The notes under the pieces: model-generated
Seen by the model: the letters and a program-made list of their open reading frames with translations, nothing else
What the model was told of the DNA's origin: nothing
The model's database searches: none
Made by a program: the position numbers and the translations under genes
Part shown: in pieces, positions 1-11,854 of the stretch
How positions within the stretch are numbered: the stretch's first letter is position 1
Layout: each line of letters begins with the position of its first letter
Origin: Rhizophagus irregularis
Taxonomy: Eukaryota
Assembly: GCF_026210795.1 (NCBI RefSeq)
Contig: NC_089429.1
Span: 3,224,001 to 3,288,000, forward strand
Reading direction: 5' to 3'
Length of the DNA stretch: 64,000 nt

Positions 1-174
1 TTGTATCAAAGATCCATCTATAGGTGTCTAATGTCTCATCTTCAATGATAGCACTTGCCACAATTCTAGTCTTATAATTATTATCAATTACTGTTAAGAT
101 GCATAGCATCATTTGAAACCTATTCGTATTATATGTTGTATCAAGTATTACAAAATTATTGTATTTGCTATATA

Positions 175-372
175 CAGTCAGCCCCCTTTATAGTCACACC
201 CCTTGGAACCGAAAAAAAAGGGTGTGATTATAAAAAAAGTCATATGTTGTGATTATAGAGGAGGTTTTTCTAATATATTTATTAGTACATTGGGCCAAAA
301 TATGGTATGCTTATAAAGGGGAATTTTATATGTTGTGATTATACGGGGGGTGACTATATAGGGGGTCGACTG
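175..372. mobile_element. Tc1/mariner-pogo-type MITE (CAGTC termini, TA TSD)
   Basis: TIR CAGTCAGCCCCCTTTATAGTCAC / GTGACTATATAGGGGGTCGACTG, with TA on both sides. Removing it restores the MULE frame (E-L-Y-S-K-Y). Confidence 0.9.
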
Positions 373-888
373 TAGTTCCCTTTGTACCGGTGACATCCAA
401 AAAAGAGAGCTTAATTTCCTTGAAATTGGGTCTAGTCTAGGTTTAACTATCCAGAGTGGCTCATCATCCTTCCATTCTAGTAATTGCTAAAGCATCTGGG
501 ATGCATCAGTGGCACCTAGATTGTTTTTCTGACAAAATTGATATACCGCGTTATATAAGTCTTTTTTATGAATAGGTTTGTCTGGATAATCATATCTAAG
601 CAAAGGATATATAGATCCTGAGTCTATTCGTCCTTAATTAACATACTTCTCTATATCTTCTAACATTTTAGGTGTTAATTTACGAAAACGTGATACTATT
701 TCACGAATAATTGGAGTAAAAGAATGATTATGATGATTGTTAAATGAATTGATCTTTACAACACCATTTTTTTTTGGACAGGTGACATTAAGTTTTCAGG
801 AATAGAGTACTCGTAAAGAAAAAGCATTACAGCACTTAATTAGATCTGAAGTGATTTGTGGATTATGTGAGCCAGACTTGGTGCATTC

Positions 889-2272
889 TATACATGCTGC
901 CCAAATTATTTTGGGATGCCATAATTAAAGCTCTGAACGGGTCGGTTTGGTCCGGATTATAGACGGTTTGGATTAGAGTCGAAATCTGTAATAACCGAAC
1001 CGAAAAACTGGCGGTTCGGTTCAGTTTAATCCGATTTTTATAAAAATGCGAAAAATCGAATAGCCAGCAATCTAGCGATCGTATAAAGTCGAGCTATATA
1101 TCATTGGATTCGTCTTGACGAGACGCATCGAATGGTGGTAAGAACATGTCTCTAGCATCGATAGATCACATGTTAACCTACGCTAAATGATTTATCAATA
1201 ATTGGAATTAGCAAGCTATCTATCGGTGCTAGAGACATGATCTTAGCACCATTCGACTCGTTTTAGTGAGACAAATCCAATGAATATAAATTCGTTCGTG
1301 TACGACCACTAGATGGCGAATAATATCAAGTTTCGCATTTTTTTAAAATTTTCGAGCGTTAAAAATTAAAAATTCCGATACATGAATTTATTCCTCGTCC
1401 AATAGTCCTACAAATATGAATTAGGACTCATTGGATTCGTCTCAATGAGACGAGTCGAATGGTGGTGAGATCATGTCTCTAACATTAATAGATCGTAGGT
1501 TAATTCATGCTAAATAATTTATAAAAAATTAGCATTAGCAAGCTATCTATCGATGCTAGAGACGTGATCTTACCACCATTCGACTCGTCTCATCGAGACG
1601 AATCCAATGAGTCCTAATTTATATTTGTAGGACCATTGGACGACGAATAAATTCATGTATCGGAATTTTTAATTTTTAACGCTCGAAAATTTTAAAAAAA
1701 TGCAAAACTTGATATTATTCGCCATCTAGTGGTCGTACACGAACGAATTTATATTCATTGGATTCGTCTCACTGAGACGCGCCGAATGGTGCTAAGATCA
1801 TGTCTCTAGCACTGATAGATAGCTTTCTAATTCCAATTATTTATAAATCATTTAGCATGGATTAACGTGTGATCTATCGATGCTAGAGACATGATCTTAC
1901 CACCATTCGACGCGTCTCATCGAGACGAATCCAATAATATATGGCTCGACTTTGTACGATCACTAGATGGCCGGCTATTCGATTTTTCGCATTTTTATAA
2001 AAAATCAGATTAAACCGAACCGAACCGCCGGTTTTTCGGTTCTAATACCCGAACTGAACCAAACTGAATTTTGAGCCAGTTTCGGATCGGTTCCCCGGTT
2101 TAGTCCGAACCATTCAGAGCTTTAGCCATAATTATAATTTGGGATGCCATAATTCATTCGGTTTATATATAATTTACTATGTAAAGTACCAAAATAATTT
2201 GGGATGCTATAATTGAATTTGGGATTTTACTTATAATTACGGCAGTCCAAAATAATTTGGGTGGCATGTATA
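889..2272. mobile_element. hAT-type MITE (TATACATGC termini) carrying a nested element
   Basis: 8-bp TSD GTGCATTC at 881-888 and 2273-2280. TIR TATACATGCTGCCCAAATTATTTTGG. An uninterrupted inverted copy lies at 12637-12813. Confidence 0.9.
926..2124. mobile_element. Non-autonomous hAT-type foldback element
   Basis: TIR TAAAGCTCTGAA/TTCAGAGCTTTA; 8-bp TSD GCCATAAT (918-925, 2125-2132); CCGAA subterminal repeats; interior ~1-kb palindrome centred near 1520. Confidence 0.9.
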
Positions 2273-3105
2273 GTGCATTCATAAGCAACCCTTCTCAAAA
2301 TTCCTTGTTCTTTTTCACTTATTCTAATCTTATGATCAAATCCTTCTTTTAATGCAAATTTGTCCAACCACTTCTTGAATCTATCCCAACTTGCGAAAGT
2401 GAGCCCTGGGACCAATTCCAAAAGTTGATCATCATCTGATTCATCATCTTATAAAGTGTCATCTGACGTTGGCAAACTTGGCTCAGAAGGCTATTTAGAA
2501 ACATGAATAAATCAGACGAAATATTAACAAAAAGCCATGATAAGTAAATGGATAACCAACATACATATGACATGGGACATGTTGGAGAAGCATATTGTAT
2601 CAGAGTATTATCAGCATCTGGAGCAACAAATTATGTAGGTTGTGTCAGAGCGGTATCATCAATATTTGATGTGAAGTGTGCCAGAGTAGCAGCGTATCTA
2701 TCTGGAGTGTATGATATGAAATGTGTTAGAATATCATCAGCATATTGTTCATCTGGGGCAATATATGACGTGAGGTGTGTTGGAGAAGTATATTGTACAT
2801 ATGATGTGAGGTTTGTATATTGTTCATTTGTATCTAGAACTTTATCTTGTAAAGTGTTATCAAATGTTGACAGGTATGAATCAATAGGCTATTAAGAAAA
2901 AAATACAGTCAACTCTCTCTATAGTCACTCCCGTTATAGTCACATTCTACTATATAGTCACACCAGTTGAATGTTCAAAACAATTTATTATTAAAATCTA
3001 TCCTATATAGTCACAATCTATCTATAGTCACTATCACACTTATCCTCAAAAATCTTATATTAAAAAGAACCGTTTATAATCACAGTTATATAAAGAATAT
3101 ATTAA

Positions 3106-6100
3106 TTGCTAGTCCGGATAAGATCTGCAGTGACACATATAGCTATTTACTATAAAAATTGGGGATAAGTAACATATAAAAAATATATTGTTTTTGAATC
3201 TCAAAGTCGTCTCTTTTTTATGGCGCCTAAAGCTCGTGAAATTGTTGTTACCTTGTTAGTAGTAGGTTCTATACTATTAGACTTGCACTATGGGCCATAT
3301 TCGCGTCTTTGGTGGCAAAAAAATAGTGACAATAAAGAAAATGAAATCTCAAATTATTTTCCGATTCGTATTGGTCAAACCACAAAAGCTGTTCTAAATG
3401 AAATGGACTTTTATACCACTATTTTACTAGGAAATTCTGAAAACTCTTTTGCTCCTGGGTTTATTTGTACTTCAGGCGTCTTTTCAAGCAGTGTAGAAAG
3501 TAGTTCTTCTGCTGCAGTTTCGAATCTATACGCTAGCATATTTCAAAAACGAACGCGTTTTTCTGGTCCACTTGTAATAGGATGGAATGATAAGGATATA
3601 ATTTCACAATTATCTCAAAATATTCCTTTTTTTCCTTTCTCTTTTCTTCTTGGAAAATATCTAATATTTGTTTATAGTATTGGCACTTCATTACGCGAAG
3701 ATTGGAATAATGGTGGGTTAAGATACAAAGCTTCACTCAACAATAAATATCATGATAAACCGGCAATATTTGTATCTACAATTGAAGATAAAGATTGTAC
3801 ACTTGAAATTTATCAAGATTACAAAATTAAAAACCGGTTTGTAGCCAATTCTCCAAATGAAGTATGGGAAATTTCAAAGTTTATAAAACAATATAAAGGA
3901 ATCCAACTTTTTGGCCTTGAAAATTCCTTTACAAGAAAATTTATTCAAGAGAATTCAAAACCCACATGCTCGCCAGATAATTGGCACAATTTTCCTTTAT
4001 TAAAATCTGTATTTGATTACAATCTTAAACGTCGAACACTTGCAAATGTAAAATGGTATCAATTCTTTGAATCTTGGGCTAAGAGTGAAAATCCAATAAT
4101 TGAATTTACGTCTAGTCTTGAGAAACTTTATCCAAGTGAGTATGAGTTTAGTGATCGAGAATTGAGAGCATGGAAAACAACATTACGTGCTGCAGGTTGT
4201 CACAATATAACGCCTTGGTCATCTCATGAATCTGAGGTATGGTAATGTGTAAAAATTTATTTTTATGTATAATTTAATTTGTAAAAATATGTGTAGAAAA
4301 TAGAGTAACTAAAAATTATTAGTATGAAATATATTTCAATAGTAATTATTATAATTTAATTTAGTAAAAAGATATGGCAAAATATCATGTAAAGAAAGTA
4401 TAAATAGAATTTATCAAATTTTCGTTACAAAGTAATAAAAAATCTTATATGTTATAGTAGTATCCAAAAAGAGAAAAATATTCGAAGTATTATTTATACC
4501 AATTATTATTTTTTTTTTAAAAAAAAAAAAAAAATTACGGGCAAAAAAAAATTTAGATTCTCATGACCCGACCCATCAAAGAAAATTTATGATATAGCAA
4601 ATAACCACCATTTTTTTTATTATAAGCTAATAAAATAATATTCTATCATCACTCTAAGTGGCAATTTTGGACGCGGTCAATTGATTACAAAAAAGATGAG
4701 AATTTATTATACATGTTATATAAATCAGGATTTCTCCAGACCAAGCCCCGACATATTCCAAACCAAACTCTAATTTTTTGGGATTGCTTTATACGTGCAA
4801 TGATGATAAATAATAAGACTCCAGATGGCAAGCGACGTATATTATCAATTATTGCTGATGATTTTACATATGCTGAATTAGAATTACAATTGGGAGTAAG
4901 ATATTAGTTTCAAATTATATGAATAATTAATTCTTTATTTTAAATTCTAATATCAGATATTAAATATTTAAATTTAGGTCAGTGCACATACCATTCTTGA
5001 AGCCCGTAAACATGCACGATTTATTGGCTATGGTGCTCCACCACTATTCAAACCTATTGTTCAACGAGTTAAATTATCAGAGGAATCATTAGTTCAATTT
5101 GAAGTTTTTTTTTCAAACAAAGAAAATGTAAATATGAGTAGTTATAAGACCGATAGTGAAACTGGATTGCCTGTACTGTACCTTCAAGATACTAAAGCAT
5201 TGTTATGGAAGAAGTTTTCAGAATCATTCCCTAATGGTATGCGAAGAACTTCATTTATGACACGTCTCCAGGGAAATCGATATCAATATAAAGAGGATTT
5301 GGGAGGCCTATGCTCAACCTGTAATGAATGTGGATACGAAGTTTTTGTGGAGATTGAAGATTTGATTGACAATTATGTTTCTGATATTCAATTACGGGTA
5401 TATATTTACCTATTAATTAATGAATAAATTATTTTAGTATTTATACTTCTAATTTAAATTTTTAATAGAAAGAATTAAAAATACAAGCACAAGTTTTGAG
5501 ACGTTATTTGCGTAGAGATTTTGCAAAAGAATTGAATATTGATTCATCAGGTTGTGCGAAACATAGTAAATGTATCAGTCATTGCCTACCCCATGCATTT
5601 GGTGAATGTTATTTGGACCATCCAGATACTTGTGACAACTGTGAATCCCTTTTATCATTCTTTCGATACTTTACAAAATAGCCTTGAACAAGAACAACAA
5701 GAAAAGTTACCAGCCTATCAAAATCGGTTGATTATTTTTATGGCACATCATGCTCGCAAATCTTACCTCAATGCACAGTTTAATGCTCAATTCTCTCAAC
5801 TTGATTCAGATGGAGCTTTAATAATTGTAGATTATAAGATGAAAATTCTTCCCAAAAAAGCTCGTGAAACAAAAAATGAATGGTTCGGAAAAAGAGGATG
5901 GACGCTTCATTCTGTTCTTGTGTATACGAAAAATCTTGAAAATAATAACCTGGAAGTGCAAGCTTTTGACCGTTGGTCTGGAGATACTCGGCAGGATGGG
6001 TGGTTTACGGCGTCCTCATTACATTCAGTAATAGAAACTTTGGAGCGAAAACCAAAATGGGTTACTATTATTTCAGACAATGGAGGACATTACCGTAATA

Positions 6101-8552
6101 CAGAATTAATGATTATTATAGGCCATTGGAAGGAATGGAGTCCTCGTAGATGGTTATTTTTGGAAGCAGGTGAAGCAAAAACCGCAATAGACTCTCACCA
6201 TGCTCAGGTATGAACAAATACCTGATTTTTTTGTATTATTAGTAATTGATACATATTATTATTTGTTTTAGATTTCTCACGCAATAAAAAGATGGGTAAA
6301 AATAGGACATGAAATAGAAGAAGGAGAAGACATTGAAAATGCCATCAAAGACCTTTCAGGTACTCATGTATCTCATCTTGAACCAGATCGTGATAAAGGT
6401 AAATATTTAGTTTCGTTTTTTTTTTGTTGAGAAAATGAATGATAATATATTTTGAATAGAAAAAGGAAAATTAGGAACGATAAATGGTATATCAAATTGG
6501 CATGAGTTTACTTGGCCTGAAACAGGAGAGAACACTGGATATATATGTACCCGTGCGCTGCCAGAATTTGGTAATTGGAATAAAATTTCCCACTGTCAAA
6601 TTGATAAAATTACAAAATCACGCACCTTTGGAAAACCAACTCCGATCTATACAACACATACACAACCTTCAAAATCATGGACTGTACCATTGACATCAAG
6701 AAAAGGTAATTTTTTCAACAAAATTGTTCCGTAATTAATTTGTATTGACAAACATCATGCTTTTCAGAAAATACCCAAGGAGATCAAGAAATTCAGGAAG
6801 TAAGTAAAACGAAACATATCAATGTTTATTTTTCGTCAGGATACCTGATAAAAGAGTTGTAAACACTAAACAGGTTGAAGAAGAACAAATCGAAGATATG
6901 GATATTGATCCAATATCAAAAAGGTATGTTGTACTCCTCTATATCGTCAGTGTTATTTGAATTATCGTGAATATATTCATATTTTTTGTTTGTAGTGCCA
7001 TTGTATTTGGTTGTGGATGGGCACTATCTGAAAATTTAAAAGTGAATCAAAAAGTACCAACTAAACGAATCACAGAACATGTCAAGGGATTGCTTACTAT
7101 AATGTTTCACTCTGGTACTGCTAATCCTAGGCTCAAAATGAATGCTAATGAAATGCACGAGGAGCTTTTGAAAAGAGTGACTGATAACGAAATTTCCAAA
7201 GATGACGTACCAAAAGTTTCCACAATTGCGAATTGGATAACAAGCACGTCACGATCATTCAAGAAAACCATGGCACTAAGGCTTCTTGAGGAAGCGGAGT
7301 CATCTGAGCAATAAGTTTGTATTCAATTATGCAAATAAAATTAGATAATTTTGTTTTTGTTTTATTTACTATATAATTTGTATCACGATCCAATATATGA
7401 TTGTGGAAAGAAAATAATAATAATAAATCTATAGCTAAAAAAAAAAAAATTCTAATCTAATCGAACCTAAATCAATAATCTAAATTTAAAAAAAAATAAG
7501 ATTGCGAAATATTCTCAAATTGCACAACAAATTCAAAAGGACTAAAAGATAAAGAATAAAATCAATAAAAAAAAATAAAAATAAAATCAGAAAAAAGATC
7601 ACTTCAGAACCTCTAAAAAAATCACCGAAATTAAAGGATTCCAGGCAAATCGTTCCTAAAAGATAAAAAAAAAAATCAAAAAAAGAAACAAATCGAAACA
7701 ACACCCAGAAAAAAAGATCCCACTTCCGAATCTCATAAAAATTACCGTGAAATCCTAGGACAAAAAAGATCAATTTCCTCTCCAACTCATAAGAAAGACG
7801 AGAGCGATGAACTGTTACTAAAAGATAAATAAAAAAATCAATAAAAAGAGACAAAATAAAAAAAAATCTAGAATAAAAAGGAAAACCCTTCCCATCTTCG
7901 AACCTTAGAATAATATTTACCACAAAATCCAAGGATAAATCAACAAATTCTACTTTGGATCCATAAAGAAAGAGAAACAACGCGAGGACGAACTGTTTCT
8001 AAATATTGATCTACAAAAAAATTTACAATGAAATAAATCAACTAAATAGAAATATTTCCAACTTCCGAATACATAAACTGTTTCTAATGATGAAAAATAA
8101 AATCAATAAAAAGAAAAAAAAAATCGTAATCACCAAAAAACTTACCACGAAATCCTTAAATCTAAGAAAAATAGAACTCAATGTTGACAAAAAAACTGTG
8201 GTGTCGTAACTTTTTGAGGAGTCTAAACCTTTCAAATAAACAAAATTTATATTACTTTATTATGGAAAATTGCTAAATGCATATTTTATAATTTTCATAA
8301 TTTTCTTGGAATCCAGCGTTCGTACATAGTAAAGTCGTTAAAAATACAACTAAAGACTGTTTTATGAAGGCTTATTCGAATTCTCTGGCCTTTTTTGCAT
8401 TAGATCGTATGATTTTTGTGTGCACAAAAATAGTTTGTGTAAACTTACTATTTAAGCGTTTTGTGCCATATTGAAGTGTTCAATAAGTGATCGGCAAAAT
8501 TTTACCCCAAATTCTTATATCAAATTTCTGCTGATCATATCCGAATCGGCAA
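3106..8552 (+). mobile_element. Sola3-like DNA transposon with TTAA TSD and TTGC termini
   Basis: TTAA at 3102-3105 and 8553-8556; the empty site is visible at ~30190 in the sister MITE. Imperfect 25-bp TIR TTGCTAGTCCGGATAAGATCTGCAG vs TTGCCGATTCGGATATGATCAGCAG. Confidence 0.8.
3220..7314 (+). pseudogene. Spliced Sola3-like DDD transposase with at least one frameshift
   Basis: GT-AG exons approx. 3220-4236, 4659-4895, 4978-5397, 5469-6207, 6272-6398, 6460-6705, small exons, 6996-7314. Motifs VDYKMKILP, WFGKRGWTLH, ISDNGGHY, FLEAGEAKTAIDSHH and a Cys-rich region. Frameshift near 5660. The Sola3 assignment is from motif recall. Confidence 0.7.
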
Positions 8553-8652
8553 TTAAATAACTTGGCATCTAATAATCGTACAAAGATGTATCATAGCTTG
8601 TTAGAATCGTCTCACTGAGACGAATCGAATGGTGGTAGTTTTATCCTTTTCC

Positions 8653-9928
8653 TTTGCTAGTATTTACGGCCAGACCACCCATTGCCTCTTATGAGACTAA
8701 TTTCGGGTCTGTGTCCTATCATCTTCAATGGGTAACCATTAAACCGAGTACTTAATTCCTCAGGTAACAGCACCACTACAGAAGACATCATCCATCAGGC
8801 CACATTTAAGGCTGATCTGAAGCTAGGAATACACTGCCTACTCATCCTATACCCATTGCATGATACTGGTACTCAATTTATTTTACGACCTTTAGAGAGC
8901 ACCTACAGGTAGCATTAACCATCTAGTACCCTTCCATAAGGACCCCGGATATCTAATATAAAGGTCATAATGGACTTTTGGCCAAAAACACCCCTTTTTG
9001 CTGAAACTCAAAAAATCGTTTTTTGTAAATATCTCAGCATCCAGTAATTCAATTTTAATGAACTTTTTTTTATTTTGTAGCCCTCATTTAGCTCTACAAT
9101 TTAAAAAAAAGTTCATCAAAATTGGACCACTGGATGCCGAGATATTTACAAAAAACGATTTTTTAACCCCTGAAAAATGGGCCAATCTGCCGAAAGTGTG
9201 ACTTATGACCTGTTTTGGAGATATCCGGGGTCCTCTTTCATACCACCATTTTAGGTACGAGGTTTCACTCAAAGGCTACTACAGTCCGTGATTACCTAGC
9301 ACTGATAGTACGGTTGTTTACCCCCAAGCGGTATACAGAGTGACCACTCCGATAATAAGCTTACACATCTGTTCAGGATCACCTCTTATGGTGGGTATCA
9401 ACTACCAGGGATCACCAACCAGGACCCAAAGAGTAGGGAATCGAACTCCATAACCATGCTACCTGTTCTGTGCACGAACACCTTGGTTGGCCTAAGACCT
9501 AACAGAAGGTCTAACTACCACTAAGATATTGCACCCTCAGCTTTACCATCTATGACGACCATCTAGCCATTACTGACCTCAAGCGGTATCGTAGAGTGAC
9601 CACCTGGACAGGAAGTCCCCCCTAAGGTATAGTAGTAACTAGTGACCTCAAAGACAGGACTGTGCACATGCCAATGGCCTCATAGGGTAACGGGCGTTGT
9701 GGTTGACATTGCTTAATTTTGGGCCAAATGTGCAGCCTAACCATACACACTAATTCACTATGATGCAGTCCAATTACGCTAATCTCTGTACCTTCACGCT
9801 ATTAGTTGTAGTGTCTGCAATAAAATTCGTTTAATTTCTGTGATTGGTGGAATTGAACCTGTGACCTCATACTCAGGCTTAATGAGGGTCTCAGTCACTT
9901 ACCACTGAAAAAGGGTGATCAACCCTTT
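8653..9928 (-). mobile_element. ~1-kb tRNA-headed SINE-like element, type-1 3' end, containing MITE 8939-9234
   Basis: Homologous to 30290-31266. B-box-like motifs on the minus strand near 9855 and 9440. The 3' end abuts AGTTTTATCCTTTTCC (8637-8652). Confidence 0.8.
8939..9234. mobile_element. MITE with AGGAC termini and 8-bp TSD (Merlin/MULE-like; superfamily uncertain)
   Basis: Perfect 16-bp TIR AGGACCCCGGATATCT; TSD CTTCCATA/CTTTCATA. The empty site is seen in the other SINE copies. Confidence 0.88.
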
Positions 9929-10409
9929 TGGTGCATCTTTCTACGATTATTGGATGCCAAGTTATTATGTGAAACGTAATATTTTTAGGTTTCGACAATT
10001 TTGACATGTTGAAACTATTTCGGCATTTCAGCATTTCGACAGATTTTAGTTTCAACATTTCGACAATAGCCTGTAAAATTTCAGCAGGCAACTTTATACT
10101 TAGCCTCATGAAAATTAAAATACAAGTAGATTTAACTTGCTGAACAACCTTACTTAAGCATAAAAGATAATTTGATATAATCAAAGTGGTGAGTAATAAA
10201 ATTATATTTTAAAGTAGTATTGTGATCCAGATGAATCCATCATCCGTTCAATTCAGTCCAAAAATAAATGGATGATCTGGATGAAAATCTGATTTAATCT
10301 AAATGGAAAAAGTTATATGTACAATCTGGATGATTTGGATCTAATCTGTTAAAATATAGAGATAATAGATAGCGGATTGGTCCAGATGAATGATCTGAAT
10401 GATCCAGAC

Positions 10410-10701
10410 AGGACCTTAGATATTACATATACAACTTAGTGGCAACTTTTTCGCAGATTGACCTAAATTTCACAAAAAAAAATCAGTTTTTTGCAATTAT
10501 CTCGGCATCCAGTAGTCCAATTTATGCGAACTTTTTTTGTTTTGTAGCTCTCATCGAGCTCTACAAAATAAAAAAAATCTGCATGAATCAGATCACTGGA
10601 TAACGAGATAATCACAAAAAACGGAAAATAAAAAAAGAGCAAATTGGGGTTTTTTTGGCAAAAAGTCAGTCGTGAGTTCTATAAAAGATGTCCAGAGTCC
10701 T
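10410..10701. mobile_element. AGGAC-family MITE (diverged)
   Basis: AGGACC...GAGTCCT ends and internal similarity to 8939-9234. TSD ATCCAGAC/ATCCAGAT appears once 10705-10959 is removed. Confidence 0.7.
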
Positions 10702-10704
10702 ATC

Positions 10705-10959
10705 TAAGGTTGCTTGCCTAAACCTTTCCAAAATTCTACAATTAGTTTCTCCAAGATTTTACTATAGTTTTATTATAGTTTCGGCAAAGTTTCAGCAGTT
10801 TTAGTATTTATAATAAGTTTCATCAGGTTTCACCTGGTTTCACCTTTCTCCAGAATTTCGCTAACTTTTTAATAAGACTTTCATATAGTTTTGGCAAAGT
10901 TTCGCTATTTCGGAATTTTGCCAATTTGCCAAAACCTCCTAATTTTTCCAGCAACCTTA
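10705..10959. mobile_element. TAAGGTTGC-family hAT-type MITE
   Basis: TIR TAAGGTTGCT/AGCAACCTTA; 8-bp TSD GTCCTATC. Confidence 0.9.
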
Positions 10960-11136
10960 GTCCTATCCAGATAATCCAGATGATTTTTAAATCAGATAAA
11001 TTCACAGATTGATGGATTGATGGATCGCAACACTATTTTAAAGTAAAACATATTTACAGTAATTTTATTTAACAAAATAAACATGTATAAAATATAATAT
11101 ATTAAAAATAATACACTATTTAAAGAAAGTATTGCA

Positions 11137-11854
11137 TAGAGTTCCGAATGGATCAGGTCAGGTTAGGTTAATTGATAAACCTGACCTGAAATTTTTTTTT
11201 AGGTTAGGTCAGGTCAGGTTATATCAGGTTGTCTGTTTAACCTGATATGACCTGAAACCTGAAAATTTTTAGGACTATTTTTATTAAAAAATTGAAAAAA
11301 ACGGTACAAAACTTTTTTTTTTTTAATATAATATTATGAAAAAAAATGTTTTTGCAACGTTTTTTATTAAAATATTGAAAAAAAATATTGCAAAACGTTT
11401 TTTTTAATATAACATTATGAAAAAAATGTTTTCGCAACGTTATTATTGAAATATCAAAAAAAAATGTTACGAAACATTTTTTTAATATAATATTATGAAA
11501 AAAACATTTTTACAACGTTTTTTCTCGAAATATTGTGATTCTATATTAAAATCATATAAAAAAGTGAATCGCAATATTTCAACTCACTTCTATTATATAA
11601 AATTAATATAAAAAGTGAATTGCAATACCACAACTCACTTTTTTTATATAGAATCTATATAAAAAAGTGAATAGCAATACTGCAACTCACTTTTATTATA
11701 TAGTAGAATCAATAGTTTCAAGTCAACAGGTCAATCAGGTCAGGTCAATCTTCATATCTGACCTGAATTTTTTTCAAAAATCTCATACCTGACCTGAATT
11801 TCAGGTCAAGTCAGGTCAGGTTACCTGAATTTGGCTGTCCTATTTGGAGCTCTA
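11137..11854. mobile_element. TAGAGCTCC-family non-autonomous hAT element (flanks rearranged)
   Basis: TAGAGTTCCGAAT...ATTTGGAGCTCTA ends and GGTCA subterminal repeats, related to 37767-38863. No TSD. Confidence 0.75.

Larger units (their letters stand above)
1..2890 (-). pseudogene. FAR1-related MULE/Mutator transposase pseudogene, interrupted by MITEs; continues off the left edge
   Basis: With inserts 889-2272 and 175-372 removed, the minus strand reads ELVPGLTFASWDRFKKW...RRVAYECT|KSGSHNP...NHHNH...LFWMSPVQREL|YSKY...ILDTTYNTNRFQMML...IEDETLDTYRWIF. This is the FAR1 WRKY-like domain plus the MULE DxTY motif, with stops and frameshifts. The 5' limit is approximate. Confidence 0.85.
2906..8652. 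mobile_element. Left portion of a CAGTC-ended MITE (same family as 29994-60859), interrupted by the Sola3-like element and followed by a SINE
   Basis: 2906-3105 plus 8557-8652 is nearly identical to 29994-30289. TA precedes CAGTCAACTC. The right end was not found. Confidence 0.85.
10215..11035. mobile_element. hAT-type MITE with two nested MITEs
   Basis: TIR TAGTATTGTGATCCA/TGGATCGCAACACTA; 8-bp TSD TTTTAAAG; GGATG/CATCC subterminal repeats. Confidence 0.85.

Noticed and set aside
893..2268. TA-TSD mariner-type reading of the CATGC MITE
   Set aside because: Both copies show 8-bp TSDs outside TATA, so the ends are TATACATG and the element is hAT-type.
2548..2895. 115-aa Cys-rich repeat ORF
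   Set aside because: Most simply the antisense of the repetitive N-terminal region of the minus-strand MULE gene.
2967..3155. ORF duplicated at 30055-30255 (also ORFs at 28652, 39957, 40514)
   Set aside because: They lie in MITE or satellite sequence; duplication reflects repeat copies, not coding conservation.
7486..8235. Phe-rich membrane-like ORFs
   Set aside because: Poly-T low-complexity artefacts.
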